A stretch of DNA of 63,600 nucleotides, counting the filler, from Gonapodya sp. JEL0774 (Eukaryota), in the NCBI GenBank assembly GCA_027604505.1. It is 13 parts of 13 records of this genome, joined end to end, with 100 filler letters (N's around TTAATTAATTAA, not from the genome) between each part and the next. Parts side by side here need not be neighbours in the genome. Positions count along the whole stretch, not along the records: positions 49,042 to 53,831 come from JADIIX010000857.1; positions 53,932 to 58,717 come from JADIIX010000858.1; positions 58,818 to 63,600 come from JADIIX010000859.1; 10 more parts are not named here. One strand, written 5' to 3'. The notes beneath the pieces were generated by a model. It did no database searches, was not told the origin of the DNA, and saw only the letters and a program-made list of their open reading frames with translations. A program made the translations under genes and the position numbers. Of this stretch, positions 50,405 through 62,109 are shown one piece after another; within the stretch, counting starts at the first letter, position 1, and every line of letters begins with the position of its first letter.

Positions 50405-53400
50405 TCATGATTTTTCATCATGGTCCACTCTTGTGCCTGCCACAACAACCCTGCCGCCGCCGCCTCCGAGGCCGCCACCACCTCCAAGCCCACCGTCATA
50501 TCCACCACTCCCTCCTCGACCACCCTTGCCGCCGTCACCACCAATAATGCCTCTTCCTCCTCTTCCTCCCCTTCCTCCTCTTCCTCCCCTTCCCCCTCTT
50601 CCTCCTCGGAAAGTTCCACCTTCCCCACCTTCCCCACCTTCCCCACCTTCTCCGCCTTCTCCGCCTTCTCTAGTTTCGCTTCCTTGATGTGGCCCGTCAC
50701 CTCCTCTCCCACCAGAACCTCCGCTCCCACCACCTCCTGAACCACCACCACCACCACCGCCTCCGCCACCACCACCGCCCGCCCCAGGTCCAAAGCCTCC
50801 TCTGCCCCCACGACCACCATGACCCCCTTTACCAGCACGTGCAGACCCTTCGACTTCATGATCCCTTCCACTGTCTCCGCCATCTCCACCGTCTCCTCCA
50901 CTGTTGCCGCTGGTGCCACTGAATCCGCTACCTCCATCCTCCCCACGGTCACCTCCCAAGGTAGATTCCGGATTCAAGTCATTTTCTTTGTCTTGTCTGT
51001 CCACCAGTGACTGCTGTTGCCTCCACTCCATTGCTTCTTCCATAGTTGCTGTCAAAGTTTCAAGAGAAATCGGTTTCGGCACAAAGTTCTTCATACCACA
51101 ATCTAAATAGCGAAGCCTGTCTGCTGTTGACATGCTTGCTGACACGGCAATGATATAGGGTTGTCGAGAGTTAGAGGCTGCCAAGATAGCACGAGTAGCC
51201 TCTATACCATCCATGATAGGCATCTCGATGTCCTGTGGGGTGTATGTCCATTCAGGCACAGCTTCAAAGGAGCCTCAAGATAGAATTGGGTTTCTAACTC
51301 ACCATTAGCACCACGTCATACGGGCGGCCTTCATACTCATTCCGATTCCAAAGATCCAACGCCTCCTTGCCATCCATCGCAAAGTGTGCCTCTACTCCAA
51401 GTTTGGAAAGAAACTTGCGGATCACCATCAGATTGACAGTATTGTCTTCTGCAACGAGAACTCGCGGTTTGACGTTGGAGAGCGATGACGCACTGAGGTT
51501 GAACAGACTATCTCTGGGGAACACTGACCGACTTGATGCCGATGACTCCGAGGGTGTGCCTGCAATGGAAATAGTATGTACACCGCTTGTGCCGTGTAAA
51601 GTCTCAAGCTTACCGCTGGGCTCGTTTTCCAAATGAATGACCACTGGTAGTCGTAAGGTAAACACACTGCCCCCAACAGCTGAAGTAGACACTGATAAGG
51701 TTCCTTCCATCAGTTCTGCAAGGTTCTTGCTGATAGCAAGGCGAAGTCCGGTGCTCTGGATTTTCGGGCTTTAAATTCAAAAAAAAGAGAAAAAAACAAG
51801 AAACAGAAAAGAGTGGTGAGCAAGCAGCATGCGAAATTCTTCGAGGGCGTACCTCTCTGGAGACCCAATGCGACTACAGCGGAGAAGCGTTAAACAGACC
51901 AGAGTATGAGGGATGTGAGACGCACAACGAACCCGAATGGTTCGAACAATTTTTCCATTACGTCTTTTTCAATTGGAGCGCCGGAGTCTTCAATCGTGAA
52001 CTCCAGAAAGATCAAGTCAGCCTGGACAGGAGTTGTTTGCTTCTCGGCAGTACCAACTGCAACTACCAGTTGTATCGTGCCAGGCTCGGTGATCTTGAAG
52101 GCGTTATCGAATAGATTGAAAAGCACTTGTCGGATATGGACGGAATCTCCGCGGACATCACGGGGCACGTTCTCTTCAACCAACACAGATACTGTGACAT
52201 TCCGTTGCTTGAGACGATTGGTACGAGCAGTGGATGCCACCGATTCACAGATGTCCCGAACATTAAAGTAAGCTGGCTTGGATGTGACTGAGCCACTGTG
52301 GATGAGAGATGGGGTGGGGATATGAGGGTTCCGATTCCCGACTATCCGAGCTCACGTTTTCATGCCCGAATACAGCAGTAGGTCCGAAATGAGGTTCTGG
52401 AGATAAATTGCACTGTCCCACATCACATCCAGCCACTCTCTCGCTTCTTGCGTTATGTCGTCCCTTTCCTTCAGTAGCCGGGTCATCCCAAGGATCCCAT
52501 TCAGGGGTGTATTGAACTCATGCGACACTGTCGCTAAAATGCGGTTTTGTGTGTCCGAAGAGACGTCAATGAGTTGGAGAGCACTATGAAGTTGTTGTTT
52601 GGCCTGGTTAAGCTTGAGCTCAAGGTCATGGTAAGGCTATTGTAATGTGTAAGGAAGGGTCCAGTGATCGGTATGGAGACGGAAGTTCGCTCACATCACT
52701 CCCATCGCCACTCTTCGCAGACACTTGAGAATCCTCAACGGAAGGGAGGTTGACCCTGAAACCCAGGAATGATTGGGTCGAGATATGAGCCGGTAGAAGA
52801 GCAAAGAGACCTACAAATTGAAATTCTCAGGGACAGGGAACTCGTGGGGTAGAGAGAGATCGAAGCCACAAGATGGGCAATGATTTGCCATCTCAGATGT
52901 TCTGGAGTAAGTTCTCGATCATCTCAAAAGCAGCACAAGCCACGTGAGGCTGGATTCAAAACTTGACCTTGCACATGAGTCACATAATACTAAAGAGGGG
53001 AATGGATTCGAATCATTTGACATCACAAATAGTGGTGTCAGAAGTGCTTAGAATTGGCACGTCGTATCAATTGATTGTTTGGGGTCTTTGTTTACGATGC
53101 AGACTCATTGCCTAGTACACAGGCGCGGTATTTATGTAGAGAATAATGAACAGCTCGAAACGGTGCACTGATATATATGGTGTAAGGCTTTGGTCGACCA
53201 AAGAACAGCGAAGAGCCTTCCAAATGGCGAAGAGCATCCACGGGGGAGGGAAGAAGGAGAGGCCTGACAGACGCCGGGACGTGTATTTGTAGCATATATA
53301 GAGTATAAATGAAGATCCATCTGCAAGAAAATCATCCTCTTTACATAGCTTGAAACGCCAGCAGCAGGCGTTCTGGGTGGTTTCGAGGGTGAAATATTTT

Positions 53401-53540
53401 CCAATAGTTCGGCCTGCACTGGTTTCAAAGGTGCCTGCAGGTGGGTTTCGGGCCTTCTCCAGACCCTCCACAGCTTCCTTCGAAACCACTTCGCCTGCCT
53501 GCAGGCACAAGTGCCTTTCGTCCTTCGAAAAAATATACAT
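50405..53540 (-). CDS. Hybrid histidine kinase (HNOBA-like input?-HisKA-HATPase-REC-Gly/RGG tail); N-terminal part apparently disrupted
   Basis: H-box ATVSHEFNTPLNGILGM (His 52520-52522), N-box RQVLFNLFDNAFKIT, G1 EDSGAPI, G2 STGLRLAISKNL, REC RVLVAEDN..VLMDIEMPIMDG..FVPKP. Confidence 0.85.
50440..50900 (-). repeat. Coding low-complexity repeats (GGR)n, (GEG)n, poly-G
   Basis: 9-bp units such as ttccccacc x3 and ttctccgcc x2, plus cct/tcc runs, encoding GGRGGRGGR and GGEGGEGGE. Confidence 0.9.
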
Positions 53541-53931
53541 TCAACTACTCTTGGGTTTCCTATCCTCTTCTTGTAGCTGCCCATTGAGATCTAGACGGAA
53601 CAGCAGAGCAGATCAGATATCGGCCCTTTCTCCTTGCGGTACCTCAAACTTTACTACCGACCAACACCATGGATGATGAGGCGGCGGATGCTACTCACAG
53701 GATCATGGTGCTGCCATTCAAGCCGCTCTCTCTGCACATGTCCCTCGATATGTTGGGGAATTTTGTGTTACAAAGGATGACGGAACTCTCTTGTGGTTTT
53801 ACGCATGCCGTGATGGAACTGGAGATGAAATNNNNNNNNNNNNNNNNNNNNNNNNNNNNNNNNNNNNNNNNNNNNTTAATTAATTAANNNNNNNNNNNNN
53901 NNNNNNNNNNNNNNNNNNNNNNNNNNNNNNN

Positions 53932-54272
53932 GCTCTCGATCCGAAGAGTCCAAACGTGGCGGGCACTCGCGACAACGCGAGCAGTTGCTTCGGCTCAGTC
54001 AGAAGCGTGTAATACGTTGGCAAGTGGAGAGTTAGCGACACTACAACGAGCAGTGCGATCAGCTTCTCCACCGCTCCCATCGCATGGAAAGAGTCGATAG
54101 CAGTGCGACCGGTTCCCGGGAAATGCTTTCCATTCTGTCCAGCAGAAGAGCTCGCGTTGTTCGCCGATGAAGCATTTGCGACTTTAGATTTTGCCCCACC
54201 GGACTTGGAGGACGGGCTGTCCATGGTTGGTGGGAGAGCAGCAGTCGGATTGAGTGGGGCGGTGACATTCAT
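53932..54272 (-). CDS. N-terminus of a membrane-anchored protein, 3' partial
   Basis: MNVTAPLNP..LIALLVVVSLTLHL (one TM segment), open to the contig end. Confidence 0.5.
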
Positions 54273-55458
54273 GCAGTACGCGGTGACCACAGCAACCAGT
54301 CAACTTGCCTTCCTTTCTGGAAATTTACAAAAAATGTTCCTGAAAAATTCTGAGGTCTCTCTTTTGTTCTTCGGGAATGTGAAGTGCTCCTGGACTGGGC
54401 TGTCTCTGCCCTGGGTGTTGGCTGGTTACCGACAGCCACTCGACCTCTGCCCTCAGAAATTCATGGCAAGGTCTTTCCTTGGTGTCACAAGCTCAGTGAT
54501 TGATTCACGGAGGAACCTCACTCCTCCTCTGAGAGCGTGTTCTAGTTCACAGAAAATGACGTCATTGCATGAGTACGCCATTACGCCGTGACCATCTCGC
54601 TAAGTGGGGTTGCTTATTGAGTCGTTGGCAGTGAGTGCGAAGTACACCACCCACCCTGACAGTGACTGCAGGTGCTAAGATTTGTATACGCAATGAAAGC
54701 CAACTTTTACAATCCGGCGGTGTTCTTCCTCTCATCTTGAAAGGTCAGGAACTCAGAAATACACGTGAAACTCCGATAGCAATACGCGAACTCCCCTGTT
54801 CATCAATTCCCTTGGTACGGTGACCTTGAAAGTGCGGAGCTCCAATGACCACTTTAGGCTAATCCTTTGTGCCCCGAGATGAGCCCAAGCAAGCCTGAAC
54901 GTTTTCGATCTCTGGTCTCGAAGCTACGGCAGAACTCAAAGCATACCATGCGAAAACTCAGTTCTATATCTATTTAGCAAGGCTCGGTCGCCTGGCTAAA
55001 CCGTTTGAGGTGGCTGTGGTGGAACGTGTGCCCCAGCACAAAGTCGTGATTTGCGCTCATTGGAGACGATAACATCGCGATGACAAACCTTGAGCGACCC
55101 CACAGCAATTTGCTCTCGAACTTTATAATACGCATTTCCTCGAGAAAGCTATTGGACGTAGCTGTCCACTTTTGGAAGTTTTTGGTTACCCCACACCCAG
55201 GCACATCTCACTGTTTACAATTCACTCTCATCTCGGCAAAATGCACTCAAGCACTTTTAGCATCTATGCTCAAGTTTCTCGATAGTCCGTCATTGATACT
55301 TTGCAACTGTTTCTTGACAACGGATCTCGATCGGATTTCTGTGAGTCCCTTAGTTGCAGAGCTGGGGGACGATCACTGAGTTCGGGCTCCTTATAAAGCT
55401 GCATTCACACAAGTAAACTCAACGCTCCATTTTCAAAGGCGTCGTTTTCCATTGAAAC

Positions 55459-57443
55459 ATGCGCTTCTTCGTTCGTGCAGCACTTGCTCTGGGCATCGCC
55501 GCCTCAGCGAGTGCCCAAACTCTCCTTCAAGCCGGTGAGAATGAAAGGGCAGGCGCATTCCAAACGCGTGGAAAGAAGCTGTTTTGCTCATCATTATCAT
55601 TGCTTGCTCAGCAACGTCGGTGGTTCCTGCTGGAAAAAGCTACAACCTCACCACTCTTGTGGGTAATCGTGTGCCGAACGATGAGGAGTTGCGGAGCCGA
55701 GGACGCTGAGCTCAATTACGCTCATCACCATCCCGCCCTATCCTCTAGCAATCTCTCATCTCTCCTTCCGTTCTCGGCAATGACACTTTCAACTCTCTCG
55801 CCGCGGCCCTCGGTGGTGGTGCGAACTTGACCGTGTTTGCGCCCACAGATGCGGCGTTCGCCGCGACAATCACAGCGTACGTGGGATTTGACAGATTTCG
55901 GATAATCAAATTCTGACACTCTCTTAACATCTTCAGGTTGGGCGGACTTGATGCAGTTGTCCCCCTTGTTCCTCAAATTTTAAGGTGGGGAATCGAAAAA
56001 ACTGCCATCGAAATCAAGAGACACCCTCGACCCTGATATTCCTTTACAATGATAATTTGTAGCTACCACGTGTCCCCCACCGTCGTGTCGGGCGACTATC
56101 TCGCCAAGAACAAGCTCTCCTACATCCCGACCCTCCTTGGCAACAGCTCCCTAGCCTTGATCAAGCCGCAAGTCGTGGCAGTTGCGGTTGATCACAAGAG
56201 TGGAAACGTTACTATCGAATTCGGTCTTGGTGGAACCGCAAAGGTTATCGACACTTTGTAAGTAGCCGCTGAAACTACCCTGCAGGACACATTTGGTTTG
56301 ACACTCCCGTATGACTATGCTCAGTGTCACATCAAATGGTGTGATTCACGTCGGTGAGTTTTTACAGTTGTGCTCTTTGGGATCCCCGTTGCGAGGCACT
56401 GACAGATATTGGACTCGTTCCCCTTCTGACCGCAGTGGACAGCGTTCTCATTCCCCCAGTGAACGCCTCATCGACACTTACTGTACGTAGAAAGCTGCTC
56501 CTTGTCTGCTCTGACAACCGCCTACCATCATTGTATTTCTTAATCAGGCTATCAATGCTGCGAACAAGCCTCCTGCAACATTCAAGAACCTCGTAGCAGC
56601 CGTCGTTGCTAACGATCTTCTCACCGCTATCGACACCGTAACTCCTATCACTATTTTTGCACCCATCGATGCCGGATTTGAGGCCGTCGCTGCGAGCCTT
56701 AATTCTGCCCAGCTCTCCGCGTACTTGAAGACGGTCTTGACTTACCACGGTATGTAATGAGGCCAGCTAGTTCGGCATGGTACGTAGACTAACGTACGAC
56801 TCTCTGATCGTCAGTGATTGCGGGCGCTGCCGCGTACTTCCCTCCTTCTGGTCAATATACGACCTTCCAAGGAGAAAACATCACCGTCGTCTCCAACTCC
56901 ACCGACTTGTCTGTCACGATCAACGATATCCCAGTATTGGATACAGTTCTCTTGACTAACGGAGTGGTCCACGTCATCAAGGACGTTCTCATCCCTCCCA
57001 GTATCGGCAAGGCGCTAACTCCGGGTCCGAAGGGTTCCTGCGGAAAGGACAGGGGCACTTGCGCTAGTGGCTGCTGCTCTGTTTACGGCTACTGTGAGTG
57101 CAATCTCGTTTGGATGCACTCATCTGTGTTCTGGCGCTCACATGGTCGGTTTCCCGTCTGAAGGCGGTACTTCCACCGCATACTGTGGCACAGGATGTCA
57201 GCTTCAGTTCGGAAAGACCTGCGATGACCACGAGCCGATTCGCGCCGACGGTCGCTGCGGAGCTGGAATTGGATCGTGTCCATCTGGATTGTGCTGTTCA
57301 TCATTTGGGTGAGTTCTGCGTTGTAATATTGAAACTTAACTTTGACTCACGGCGTCATCAACCATCTCATAAGCTTCTGTGGCAAGTCTTCAGCTTACTG
57401 CGGCGCTGGGTGCCAAAGCGAGTACGGTGGTTGTGGACACTAA
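55459..57443 (+). CDS. Secreted protein: signal peptide-FAS1-FAS1-CBM18-CBM18
   Basis: MRFFVRAALALGIAASASAQ; FAS1 motifs LTVFAPTDAAF/YHV/NGVIHVVDSVLIP and ITIFAPIDAGF/YHV/NGVVHVIKDVLIP; hevein motifs CG..CASGCCSVYGYCGTSTAYCGTGCQ and RCG..CPSGLCCSSFGFCGKSSAYCGAGCQSEYGGC. Confidence 0.92.
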
Positions 57444-57752
57444 CTAATTTATGACCTTGTTTGAGGTTGGGACGGATAGAGTGCCGTGTTTACAGAGTGG
57501 TGTGTTTACCTCACGCTTGACGTATGAACAGAGGTATTATTCTTCTGCATCTTTTAGTGACCTGATTCATCAGAGTAAATGCATGCAATATACATTCATT
57601 TTCCGAAAGCCACTCTATTTTCGTGCTTTATTGTTATGCTTCGGGTACGAATTGTGAACATTTACGAAGCTCGCACTCTCCGATTGCGTCGCCTGGACGG
57701 CAAACTCCAGTTAATTGACACTCGTATGTAAACGTTCTTGTGCGAGTGCCTT

Positions 57753-58175
57753 TCACTGCTTCACAACATGTCCAGCAGCCCTCAAAGCCTCTACGGCCTT
57801 GTCTACGTTCTGATTTCCAATCAAAATCCAATCCGTATCATAAGTAGCCTCGGCCATTATCGCAATCCTTGCATCAGCGAGAATCTTTGCGATAGGAGCG
57901 AGAATGCCGATAACATCAAACTCAAACGTGTCATCGATTTGAAGTGCTAGAAAGGAATCAGACACCTTTTCGGGAGGAGGAGAAAGTGTCGCAACGGATT
58001 CTGTTGGTATTGTGAGGGAGAGCTCAAAGGGCGTTCGGGACAGAGTGAGGAAGTTCTTGGTTGGGTCCGCGAGGAGTTCCATCGCGGTCTTTGGGACAGG
58101 AGCAGAAGGCGGATAGCGACAGAAGCTTAGCGGGGTCGGATGGAGGACGAGCGTGAGTTTGAGTGCCGTCGACAT
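57753..58175 (-). CDS. Intronless CASTOR/ACT_7-family ACT-domain protein
   Basis: FLTLSRTPFELSL..FEFDVIGILAPIAKILADARIAIMAEATYDTDWILI..KAVEALRAAGH. Confidence 0.88.
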   Translation of the reverse strand: MSTALKLTLVLHPTPLSFCRYPPSAPVPKTAMELLADPTKNFLTLSRTPFELSLTIPTESVATLSPPPEKVSDSFLALQIDDTFEFDVIGILAPIAKILADARIAIMAEATYDTDWILIGNQNVDKAVEALRAAGHVVKQ

Positions 58176-58817
58176 ATCCCACAGTTTGAGAGTTGTTATT
58201 GTTGGTGACTACAAAGTCCACGACGTCAAATTGGCGGGCCAGGGTCACAGCGAGTGGATGCAACCGAAGAAGAGCGGAAGGGGGAAGAGGAACAAAGGCC
58301 TATGTAAATATTATATGCATATTTATCTCAACTGCTGGTAGTGCAACGAACAGATTATTTTAAGTGTATAGGTCAGTAGTACCAGACCACGTCAAGTTAC
58401 AGACAATCTTGATAAAATCTGATACAAGCGCATCTAACATGCTCTCATGTCGCATTTGGAATTTGTTTTTGTCCGGGAACCACTTCTTGGCGCTGATGGT
58501 GATCAATCAGCCACGCTTTTTGGCCCTTCGAGCAATAACTCGTGGCACTCCTCGACACTTCCAAAGAAAAGCATTCGCCGTTCAGTTCTTTCTTCTATTG
58601 TTGATTGTTGGGATCCTCCTGGTGTTGGGATCCCAAAAAACCCTTCCGCACCTCGCGCTGTTGATCTGCTGCCGTTTTCACCACCACCGGTCCTTCACGA
58701 CACACGCTCGACGCCTCNNNNNNNNNNNNNNNNNNNNNNNNNNNNNNNNNNNNNNNNNNNNTTAATTAATTAANNNNNNNNNNNNNNNNNNNNNNNNNNN
58801 NNNNNNNNNNNNNNNNN

Positions 58818-59000
58818 GGTTGCCGGCCCAGAAGGTGGTGGAGGGACGGGGAGGGGGCCGGGCGAGGTGCTGGGGGGTGAGTCCGCATCAGTGCCCGAGA
58901 ATAGAATAGAAAACCCCTATTTTCTACGTACAGCCAGAGCGTTGTTCAAGTCCTCGAGCGAGAGGCGGGGACGGGGAACGGGGTCATTCATTCGAGACAT
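58818..59000 (-). CDS. Possible 5' start of an unknown gene
   Basis: MSRMNDPVPRPRLSLEDLNNALA-gtacgt...cag-HLARPPP, running to the contig end. Confidence 0.4.
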
Positions 59001-59838
59001 GTTAATTTAGAGTGAGATGGTGGGGTGGGACGGTGGGAGTAATAGAGAAGGGGAAATGTGGACCTAACGAGGGTGTGTGCAAAAGGGGCAAAGCTTGTAA
59101 GTGGGGGGGAACGGGAAGAGCAGGACAACGGCCGATGACGATGGAACCAGCAAGTCAATAGGGTGATGGAATTAAATATGCGTGATTTCTTCGGAATAAA
59201 ACCTGCCCATTCAACATTGAACCGTGACGGGTCGATTCAACATCGCACAGGTCGCCCATTCATTCATCCATTCATGACGGACGGAGAAGAGCGATGAGGA
59301 TGAACACCGGAATGGGTGGGAATGTGAGCTCACCACAGTGGGAATCTGTGTTCACTCACTACACAGCAGAGGGAGAGGGGGAGAGGGGGGTGGACAAGGG
59401 GGGGCAGTTTGAATAAGGTTGAATGGGGGGGACGAGAGAGAGGGAGAGAGAGAGGGGAAGTGGCCACACGGGATACGGGAGTGGCAGTTGTTTGTGTGCA
59501 CGGGACATGTCGAGTCCCTATCAAGTCCAGGTTCAAAAGTGCATGAATTAATATTTCTGCAACGCTGGGGCCGATCGATAGATGGTTCCTGCCTACGGGT
59601 GGGTGTGGGCGGGTGAGTACCACATCCTCTATGGACGTGACCTTGGAGTGGTTTCAGTTGTTGTTGTTGGTGCCTGTGGCCTTTTCGCACCCCCCTGGAT
59701 CGATCGATCAATGGGCCCCGCATCTCCTCCCACATCTCTCATTCGTTCCCATCCCCTCTCAACCCACGCACCCACACGCGTCCCGTCCCTCTACCCCTCC
59801 CACTCACCCTTCCAGTACACCGCGTCCCCATATCCCCA

Positions 59839-61406
59839 ATGGGCGTCAAAGACCTCATTTCTTCCTTCCAGCAGAAATCGTCCGCCGCTTCCGTCCCGGC
59901 AGGTCCTCCACAGCTTTCTACGCGCGGCAAATCCGCAAAGCGCGTGGTCACGTCTGCCCCACCTCCAGGCGCGGGCGGGACCGGCGCGTTCCCCAGCCCC
60001 ACATCACCGCCCGCATTCCCATTCCCAGCCACCGACGCCCACCATCTCCCGCCTTCCCCCACCACCCGTCCCGTGGCTCCGTCTCTGGCCGACAAGAAGG
60101 TCCTGTTCGAGTCCTTGCAGTCTCCGGTGCATGTGTCGAAACCGTCCACAGCCGGATCGAAGTCGGACTCCAAGAGGACAGGCCCCGGAGTGCGTCCACT
60201 GCAGCAGGGGAATACTGCAGGCACGGGGGGCGGTGGCGGTGGCGGGTATGTGGAGAGGGGTCGAGATGGAACCAAGCCTTTGGTGGCGGCGCCGGCGCCT
60301 TTGTCGGGACCCGTACAGTCCCATCACCCTGCGACAATCATCGACAACCCGGCGCCGATATCAATGCAGGCCACACTGCATGTGCATGGACAGGAACAGG
60401 CTCATGAGCCTCATGTCCACCCCGCGGCCCCGGTCCCGCCCGCTTCCCATTCCCCACCTGCACCTGGCTCACCTTCGTCCCCCTTCTCCACCTCCACCAC
60501 CGCCCACCCGCCCACCCTCGACCTCACCGTCCTCCACCGCGGTCTCACAGCCATGGTGGCCCAGGGCGGCGTCGCGGGGGGGATGAAGGTGGTGAAGAGG
60601 GGTGGGGTGTACGGGGTGCTCCAAGGGGAGCGGGTGGAGGGGGAGATGGAGGCAGGGGAGCAGGTGATGGGAGAGACGGCAGAGGAGGGTGGGGGTGAGA
60701 AGGAGGAGGAGAGGGGGGCGATCGCAGCGGGGGATGGAAGCGGAGGAGTACGCGAGGTGGGTGGTGTGGTGTGTCCAAGTTGGAACGTGGTGGAGGACTC
60801 CACTGACCTGTTCGATACGTTGTTATCGTACAACTGGACATATCTTGTCCTCTGCACAGACACACGGCGATCCCACTACCTCTCGACCCCACCCCCACCC
60901 ACCACCGACACCGCCCCCGACCAACCTCTTACTCCCAAAACTCGACGGAAAGTTCGATCGGGCTCGAGGTCCCGCAAGGCGTGAGCGGTGGAGGGGGATC
61001 AAGGGTTCACCTCCTCCACTTGGGACGGAGACGGCGGAAGACAGAGACGCTGGCACAGCGGCAGCGAAGCATGCACCAAGTGGACGTGGGGTGGACGACG
61101 GCAGCGGGGACGGTGGTCCAACCACGGAGTTGGGATCGAGTGGTGCAGGTGCCCGCGAGATCGAACAGGCGGTGGTGGTGGCGGACACGGACACGGACAC
61201 GACCGGTGGGGAAGGACGGTCTGGGGCAGGAACCTGGGAGGGGGAGGAGGGGCAAGACGAGTCGACGCAACGTCGACATGAGCGGGGAAGAGTTGGAGCG
61301 GACCACGGGGCGGTGGAAAGTCCGGAGACCGGGGAGGCCGGGTAGGATGGAGGAGGGAGAGAACGGGACGATGGACCATGAGATTGCGTCGCGGCTGTGG
61401 GAGTGA
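59839..61406 (+). CDS. Low-complexity Pro/Gly/Ser-rich hypothetical protein
   Basis: 381-aa ORF MGVKDLISSFQQK.. with a probable spliced continuation; the end is uncertain. Confidence 0.5.
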
Positions 61407-62109
61407 AGGTCTGCGGTGGTTGGCAGTGGAGAGGGGGGGCGGTGCGGGGTAACGTTGGTTCACTCACGTATGTACCGTGACTGGTCAGAGCTGCGAGCGA
61501 CTTTGACAAGTCACTTCAGGTACCTAGAACCGCTAGGGATATTTAGTGAAAAAACTAATTACTGCATGTATGTACATGAACAGTTGATTGCACGTACTGA
61601 TTGAAAAAGATTGAAAAAAGTTAAACAAATAAATACCCCCGCCTGTCGACTTTCAGATGATAGAGCCGCGCGGAGGTCGCCAGGCGCTACCCCACCACGC
61701 ACCACGGGAACTTTCGTCACGCCTTTCCCTTGTACTATTTCTATTCGGCGTAAGAAGGCTGGACGCGTACGGCCAGAGTAGGAAACTGTACACTCGGTCT
61801 TGGTCGATGAAAGGATGTCGAGTGGTCGGAACAACAAAATAGGAGTTGCGTTCCCCACATTACATTCACTCTCAAAGCAGACCCACGAACGCCACATACT
61901 TTCCACAAAAGAGGTTACTTCCGCATTCCATGAGTACATTTCCATTTCGGTCATAATAAAAACGCGGAGGTGCGGGCAGGCCGATTACAGGACGCAGCCT
62001 CTCGATAACAGGACCTCATTTATATTAAATCCTCGTGATCAAGCTCAGCGGTTCTTTTCCTTTCTCAGAACATCTCTGCATAGAACCCATCAATCCGCAA
62101 GCAAAGGCA

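Noticed and set aside
50299..50952. Alternative-frame ORFs (Glu/Val-rich, Pro-rich, His-rich) over the kinase tail
   Set aside because: Shadows of the GC-rich low-complexity repeat, which lacks stops in several frames.
52915..52945. C-C-F-TGA in the kinase N-terminal region as a possible CxxU selenocysteine motif
   Set aside because: No SECIS recognised, the downstream frame is also inconsistent, and the domain is not a redox fold. A nonsense mutation or mis-modelled exon is simpler.
59582..61509. Many long overlapping ORFs on both strands
   Set aside because: GC-rich low-complexity coding DNA gives stop-poor shadow frames; no domain evidence.
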